64,000 nt of DNA from Neocallimastix sp. 'constans' (lineage: Eukaryota), in the NCBI GenBank assembly GCA_050613775.1, contig JBODTK010000012.1, positions 1 through 64,000 of the forward strand, in the 5' to 3' direction. The notes under the pieces are model-generated. The model ran no database searches. It saw nothing but the letters and a program-made list of their open reading frames with translations, and was not told where the DNA came from. Position numbers and translations under genes: made by a program. Each line of letters begins with the position of its first letter. Positions within the stretch are counted from its first letter, which is position 1. Positions 57,216 through 64,000 of the stretch are shown here, one piece after another.

Positions 57216-59993
57216 TTTATATTAATATAATATAAATTATTTAAAACGTTTTATAGTTTACTTTAATTATTTATTTATATTTAAATTTTACTTTAATTAT
57301 TTATTTATATTTAATTTTTCTATTCTATCTTAGCTTTATTCATATAAATTTTTATATATTTATACTTTTTTTCATTAATAATAATTATTATTTATATAAA
57401 TATAGAAATAATTTTATAAATCATAATTTTGTTCCATTAGTTATTATATTGTAAAAAATTTTTATGTAAACTATAATTTATATTATACAATCATTAAATT
57501 ATCATTTAAAATATATCGTTTTATTTATCAATATATATATATTTTTTTTTATTTAGATTTGAAAAATAAAAATTGAGAAATATTTTACACTTTATATATA
57601 TTTTTATATTTTATATTTATATTTATTAATTTAGGTATCTATTTATATAAATATTAATATTTATATTTTATTTATTATTAAATATTATATTATATGGTGG
57701 ATTCCATAAAAAAACATAAGGAAAAAAAATATTTATGAATAAATTTATTATTTAATAAAGTTTTTTCTATACTTAACAATGGAATTATAACTAATAATAG
57801 TATTATATTAATATAATCTATATTAAAAAAAGATAATAAATAATAAAAGAAAATAAAATTTTAAAGAGATTTAATTGAACATAAAAAGTTTATTTATATT
57901 ACAAATAAAATTAATGATAGTAATTTATTTATTTATTTATTTATTATTATTAATTTAATATAAATAACTATATTTACAAAATAAAAATTATTAATTCATA
58001 TAATTAATAATTAATACATAAATTTTTTTTTTTTTTTTTTACTTATTACATTCTTCACATTCTTCATAAAAATGAATAAAGAGGTATATTAATATTAAGT
58101 AGAAACTATATTTTAATAAAAATTATATTTCTCATAACTATTCCTAAATAATTAATAGTCAATTAAAACAAATAATATATATTTACATATATATTTATAT
58201 ATATAATAGATGAAGGCATTTTATTTTAAATATTATATAACTAGTTTTTTTATATTTTTTATAATGTATATAGTATGTAATATTAAAATATTTTATTAAT
58301 ATAATTATATTAATATTACATATGAATAAATATTAAATTAATTAATCTTGATTATGAAAAGTTTATTTTATATATATTTGGTAATTAAATATATTCTTAG
58401 TTATAAATGTAAAATTGTAATTTATATATAACGAAAGTTTATTTTTTATATTTTTAGTTATTTTCATAATTCATCTTAACGATTTCTAAAACACTATTTA
58501 CAAAACTTTTATTTACTGAATGAAATTTATATTGTATTTTATTTTAATTATTTAATAAATTAATCTAAAAATCAAATATTTTTAAAATTGATGTTTTATT
58601 GATAGAAACAATTTTATATATAAATATTTACATATTTTTTTAATATATTTATAATAATAAAATCATATTTTAATAAAGTTTTAATAAAATTAAGTTTATT
58701 TTAATATTTTTATATTAACAGAGGAAAATTTATAAATCGTGATTAAAGTAAACGGAATATTTTTAATAATTCTATATGAAACAAAGTTGTAATTGATAAT
58801 TTAAAATAATATATAATAAAAAAGAAACTTGGGACACTTTTTGTTATTATTAATATAATTGCAATTAATTTTAATATTGTTGTTCATTAATTTATTGTAT
58901 TAAAATAATTTAAAAAAAAAATAATAATAATAATAATAATAATAATATTTCATACTAAAATTTTACGGTTTAATATAAAAATATTAACATATAATAAAAA
59001 TAGCATATAATAAAAATAGCATCAATATTTGTTATATAGAATCTATTAATAAATATTGTTGAAATGAATCATTAATAAAATATTTATTAATAAAAATAAC
59101 AAGAAATAAATTGATTTAATTATAATAAAAATAATTAAAAAAGCATAATTTATACGATATAAAATTAATTTTTAATAATGAATATTAAATAGAAATATGA
59201 TTAATTAAAAAAATATATTTTTTAAAGAATAACAATATACTATTATTTTAATATTGTTAATAAATTTATTTTCATTTTAACAATAAAATATACAATAATG
59301 AGAAAAGTTGGAACATGAAATACAATAGTTTTTAAAATGATTAAAATTTATAAAATTTTTATTATTGTACCATTATTATTATTGTTCATAAAAACTATTA
59401 TAAATATATTTTTTAAAATTTTTTTTTTCTTATTAATTATTACTTTTGTTTTATTCATTTTTTCCGAAATATATATATTATATATCATTCGGTAGTATTA
59501 TTAAAATATATATTACATATATTTAAATATAAAATATTTACTAAATTACAATATCAAGTGATAATCACTATAATAATAATAATATATATTTTTTGATTTT
59601 TGAATAATTCAAACAAATAACAACATATTGACTAATATTTAAATTATTTTATTATATATAAAATAATGTATTAATTTTGTTTTTAAAATGAATTCATTAT
59701 ATTATAATTTTTTTTTTATTAAAAAAATGATAATATAATAAAGAAGTTGAAAATAAATAAATTATATATAATCATTTAAAAAGTTTTACTATATTTGAAT
59801 TTTTTTTTTTATAAAAAAAAAATTCATCTATTAATTTAATTAATAAATAGTATAATTTTATCACAAATATATTTTATTAATTTTGTAATGATAATAATTA
59901 TTATCATTTTTATTAAATTATAATTTTGATTTTTTTTTTTTTTTTTTTTTTTTGGTAACATTATTATTCATATATATATATATATATATGAAT

Positions 59994-60305
59994 ATATCAT
60001 TGAGATTAAAATAAAACAAAATTATGAATACTATTATTGATTAAAATACAAATATGTTAAAATTTTCAAATTAAAAAATTATTATGTGATTATCATTAAT
60101 ATATGTCTATTATTTTGTTATAATTAATTGAAGGTTTTAGTGGAAGGTTCAGGAATTACTTTATTACTTAGAGTAATTGATTTTTTTTTTTTTAATTATT
60201 AGATTGAGAAAGAAATGAACTTTTATTTATAACTATTGATATCATTGAGATTAAGATAAAACAAAATTATGAATACTATTATTGATTAAAATACAATATG
60301 TTAAG
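59994..60305. repeat. Direct repeat pair of about 66 bp
   Basis: ATATCATTGAGATTAARATAAAACAAAATTATGAATACTATTATTGATTAAAATACAA...TATGTTAA at about 59994-60060 and 60239-60304. Confidence 0.85.
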
Positions 60306-61410
60306 AGTAAGGAACTTAGGGTTTATAATTATATTTAATATATTTATTATAATACTCTAAGTCGCAAGGGACGATGGAGTATTAATATTATTATATTATA
60401 TAAGTATTTTATTAAAAAATATGTTTTATTATTAAATAAAAATCAACATAAAGACATGTACACACAATAAAAAAATTTTTTTTTATTAATATTTTTTACT
60501 TATAGTTATACTTTTTGGAAAAGCTAAAGTCATCAAAAATAGAAAATAAATGTAATAAAATATAATCGAATAAAATTTATTAATTAAAATCAACCTAAGA
60601 ATTATCAAGAAATTGGAGTAATTTCTTGAGCTATAAAGAAAACTTTAGATATTTGAAAATAAAATTATAAAATAATAGTAATAATGACTATTAATCTAAC
60701 CCTAAGTAATTTGATTCATGATAATAATTGATAAAAATCTCAATATTTGTTTATGTTAATTATTAGTATATAATGATTGTAAAATACAATAACCTTACAA
60801 AGTATAAAAGAAAGATGTAAAAATCTATCTTTTATGTTCTAAGTTACATAATAACAGTATTTAATTATAAGATATTAATAATATAGTAAAATGAATATTA
60901 ATAAAATATTAAGATTATAAAAATAACGATTTTAAAATATTTAATATGACTAAATAAATTTAATTTGTATATATAATTAGTTTGAATAATTAAAAATAGG
61001 GGAGAGCGCGTTTCGGATACGCACGTGAATAGATATAAGCCACATATTTATGAGATGGCGTATTATATATAAATTTTTTATATAAATAAATAATTAAATA
61101 ATAATTAAATAAATATTTTATTATATAATAATTTTATAATTTAATATATATTTGATAATAAAAAATAAAAAAAATAAAAAAAATTAAAAAAAAAAAAAAA
61201 TAAAAAAATAAAAGATTAAAAAAAAAAAATACAAAAAAAAAATTTTCATATTTATTTATATTTATAACTGTAAGAAATAATAATATATATATTTAATATT
61301 CTCAGAATTATAAAGCTTAAGATAATTCTTTAAATATTAAATAAGAATTTACATTAATTATTAATTATTTAAATATATTTATTATTTATAATTAAATAAA
61401 TAATATTTTT

Positions 61411-61646
61411 GGGAGAGTTGCATTTCGCCAAGTTGCATTTCACCAAATTGAAAATTATTAAATAAATAAATCAATAAATAAAATTAAATATTATTAATAT
61501 CGAATAAAAACAATTTTAAAAAAAAATTATTTTGAATCAATATTTATTTATTTATTCATTTATTTATATCAATACTCCACTTGTAGAAATGAAACCTGTC
61601 GAAATGCCGTTTGGGGAAATGCAACATGGCGAAATGCAACTCTCCC
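61411..61646. mobile_element. Mutator-like MITE (236 bp)
   Basis: Perfect 20-bp TIRs GGGAGAGTTGCATTTCGCCA / TGGCGAAATGCAACTCTCCC; 9-bp TSD AATATTTTT at 61402-61410 and 61647-61655. Confidence 0.93.
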
Positions 61647-61929
61647 AATATTTTTAACTATCGAAATGTAAATAACTGAAATTAAGATTTCAATTCAGTT
61701 ATAATTTCAACCGTTAATTTATTAACTTTATTCATTTGAAGCAAAAGGCTTATTTTTTTAAGAATACATAAGTCATCCAGTTCTTATCCTGGATTGTTAA
61801 GTCGTTGACTTATCATACCAAAGGTCTCTGGATCGCCCCGTCAGTATCAAATCTTCACGATTTTTCCCTCAGGGTTTTACCTGAAAGGTTAGGGGTTAAG
61901 TCATACTTAGGAATCTAGTGCGTTTCGCA

Positions 61930-62150
61930 GGGAGAGTTGCATTTCCCCAAATTGCATTTCGCCAGATTGTATTTCGTCAAGTGGCGTAGTATTATAATGT
62001 TGCATTTCGCCAAGTTGCATTTCGCCAAGTGGAATATTGATATAAATAAATTAATAAATAAATAAATATTCAAAATAACTTTTTTTTAAAATTGCTTTTA
62101 TTCAATATTAATAATATTTAATTTTATTTATTGACTTATTTATTTAATAA
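61930..62150. mobile_element. Second, inverted and truncated copy of the same MITE family
   Basis: Starts GGGAGAGTTGCATTTC with tandem TTGCATTTCGCCAA subterminal repeats; the body matches the reverse complement of about 61455-61580. Confidence 0.8.
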
Positions 62151-62434
62151 AAAAAAAAACATAGACTTGCACATATGGGTACCCATCTCCCATATGGCCA
62201 TACAGTTATTAATTAACTGTAAGTTGATGAGTTATTGGCATACTGTATCAGCTTCGCCGCTCTCAATCGTCGTTACACACTGCCCGGAGATGCATTCCTA
62301 ACGTTCCTACATATATCTCTAATGACCACGAGTATCAGAACGGAACCATTAACTCCTCCCTAGTGGGTGTAATCATTGGCGATTGGAAATTTTACAATCA
62401 TCAAGGTCTATGCTTCAATTCAAAGCGTTTTTTA

Positions 62435-62492
62435 AAATAATTATTTCACCCAACCCTGATACTACTATCAGGGTTGGGTGAAATAATTATTT
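62435..62492. repeat. Perfect 27-bp-arm palindrome with a 4-nt loop
   Basis: AAATAATTATTTCACCCAACCCTGATA-ctac-TATCAGGGTTGGGTGAAATAATTATTT. Confidence 0.95.
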
Positions 62493-63396
62493 GAGGGAAA
62501 GCCTTATGGACATCACGTGTGGTCTCATGATATCCCAGGATAGAAACCTCATCCGATTATTTGGTGGGGGGTGTGTCATTTCGAAAATTTTTATTACATA
62601 AATTTGTATTTTGTTGTGGGGAGTGTGCATTTCGAAAATTTTTATTACATAAATTTGTATTTTGTTGTATGGCTTAAATAATTTTAATTTTAAGCCACTT
62701 AATTTTATTAAAAATTTAATGAATAATAATTAATTAATTAAATAAATAAAATTACAATTCTCAAAAATTTTCAAACACGTAATCTTACGTGGGGCGTATA
62801 TCTAATTGTATCATAAATTTGTGGCTTTTTTCTACATTTTTTAAAAAGCCATATATTCACAATATGGCGTGAATAATAAATGTGGTGATATTTTATGACG
62901 AAAATTTATAAGCCACCAAGAATTTGGCGAAATTCAACTGGACGAAATTCAACTTTTGGCGAAATACAACACTTCAATAAATAATAATTAGGTTAGGTAT
63001 TTCTATTTAACATTGAAAAATAAAATAAAAATAAATTAACATTTTATTTTTTAATGCTTAAAAAAAAAAAAAAAAAAAAAAAAAATAAGAAATAAGAAAA
63101 CTTCTTTTTTAAACATTAAAAAATAAAATAAAAATAAATAAAAATTTATTTTTTAAGCATTAAAAAATAAAAAAAATAAAATAAAATAAAAAATAAAAAT
63201 AAAAATAAATAAATAAAATAGTAAATAAAGAAATAATAAATAATTAATAATTAAATAATTATTTAAATAATTATATAATTAATTAAAAAAATGTTTATTA
63301 TTTTAAATATTAAAAAAAAAAAAAAAAAAAAAAAAAGTTTCAAAGCATTTAAAAGTATATTTATTAAAATATTTTATTGAAAAATTTTAATTATTA

Positions 63397-64000
63397 ATGG
63401 AAGACAATATAGAAATTGAAATAAGTGAAACAAATCGAGGAAATGAACAAATTATTATTAATAAAAAACACAAATTTAATTTTTCATTTCAAAGGAAAGA
63501 TAAATCAAAAATTTATAGATGCACTGAATATAAGACTTTAAATAAATGTAAATCTTTAATTATTTTAAATGATAAAAAGGAGGTTTTAAAATATGAAAGT
63601 TTACATAACCATCTCGAAAAAGAAATTGATGTGTCTATATCGGTAGCAAAGCATAAAATTAAGGAAGAAATTAAGAAAAATTCAATTCCTATGGATATAA
63701 AACCTAAACATATATTTAATGCCGTTTTTCAAGAAATGAGACTTATATGTCCCGAATATAGTACAATTAGATCCCAAATAATAAGAAATATAAATAAACA
63801 ATTTCCTCCAAACATAAAAAGTTTTGATGATATTCCCATTGAATCAGAATATTATAAAACGAAAAGAAATGAAAATTTTATGATATTTAAAAATACTGAT
63901 CTAATAATCTTTCAATCACCATTCCAAGCATATTTATTTTCGAATTATCATAAAAATATATTTGCGGACGGTACATTTTATGCAGCACCGAAATTTAGTT
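63397..64000 (+). CDS. Mutator/MULE transposase, N-terminal part (continues beyond the window)
   Basis: Open from ATG 63397 to the window end. FLYWCH-like finger YRCTEYKTLNKC...HNH, then LIIFQS...IFADGTFYAAP containing the first catalytic Asp of the MULE DDE domain. Confidence 0.9.
   Translation, partial: MEDNIEIEISETNRGNEQIIINKKHKFNFSFQRKDKSKIYRCTEYKTLNKCKSLIILNDKKEVLKYESLHNHLEKEIDVSISVAKHKIKEEIKKNSIPMDIKPKHIFNAVFQEMRLICPEYSTIRSQIIRNINKQFPPNIKSFDDIPIESEYYKTKRNENFMIFKNTDLIIFQSPFQAYLFSNYHKNIFADGTFYAAPKFS

Noticed and set aside
61905..61929. CTAG with an adjacent hairpin as a Helitron 3' end
   Set aside because: Hairpin spacing and flanking bases do not fit, and no 5' TC end or RepHel remnant was seen.
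61930..62031. Tandem 14-15 bp repeats resembling a CRISPR array
   Set aside because: No unique spacers, eukaryotic context, and they are MULE subterminal repeats.
62292..62349. GCATTCCTA and GAACCAT resembling snR30/U17 m1/m2 motifs
   Set aside because: Both deviate from consensus and there is no ACA box at the required short distance after m2.

Overview
Very AT-rich eukaryotic DNA with intron-rich genes (GT-AG introns) and long TAT/AAT/ATTT microsatellites. The style fits an anaerobic gut fungus (Neocallimastigomycota), which is an inference from composition and gene content. Recognisable spliced genes: GID8 (CTLH complex), a CHERP-like CID/RS/G-patch protein, RPS22/uS8 with an intronic snR44-type H/ACA snoRNA, a WD40 protein, ER cyclophilin B, and RPL18 divergent from eIF3e. 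There are also several hypothetical proteins, an intronless multi-TM protein and a NOC2-like pseudogene fragment. Mobile DNA: (1) an apparently very young 4.57-kb LTR element (39444-44015) with 562-bp LTRs that look identical, a 4-bp TSD, a tRNA-Ala-like PBS and an intact gag / -1 frameshift / protease ORF that lacks RT, RNase H and the integrase core but keeps the integrase GPY/F tail; (2) two clusters of stacked 5'-truncated LINE 3' ends; (3) a degenerate gag; (4) a Mutator MITE with a 9-bp TSD next to a MULE transposase that runs off the right end. Two GC-enriched, strongly folding non-coding islands (about 10.39-10.79 kb and 61.77-62.49 kb) remain unexplained. All calls were made by eye, without database searches.
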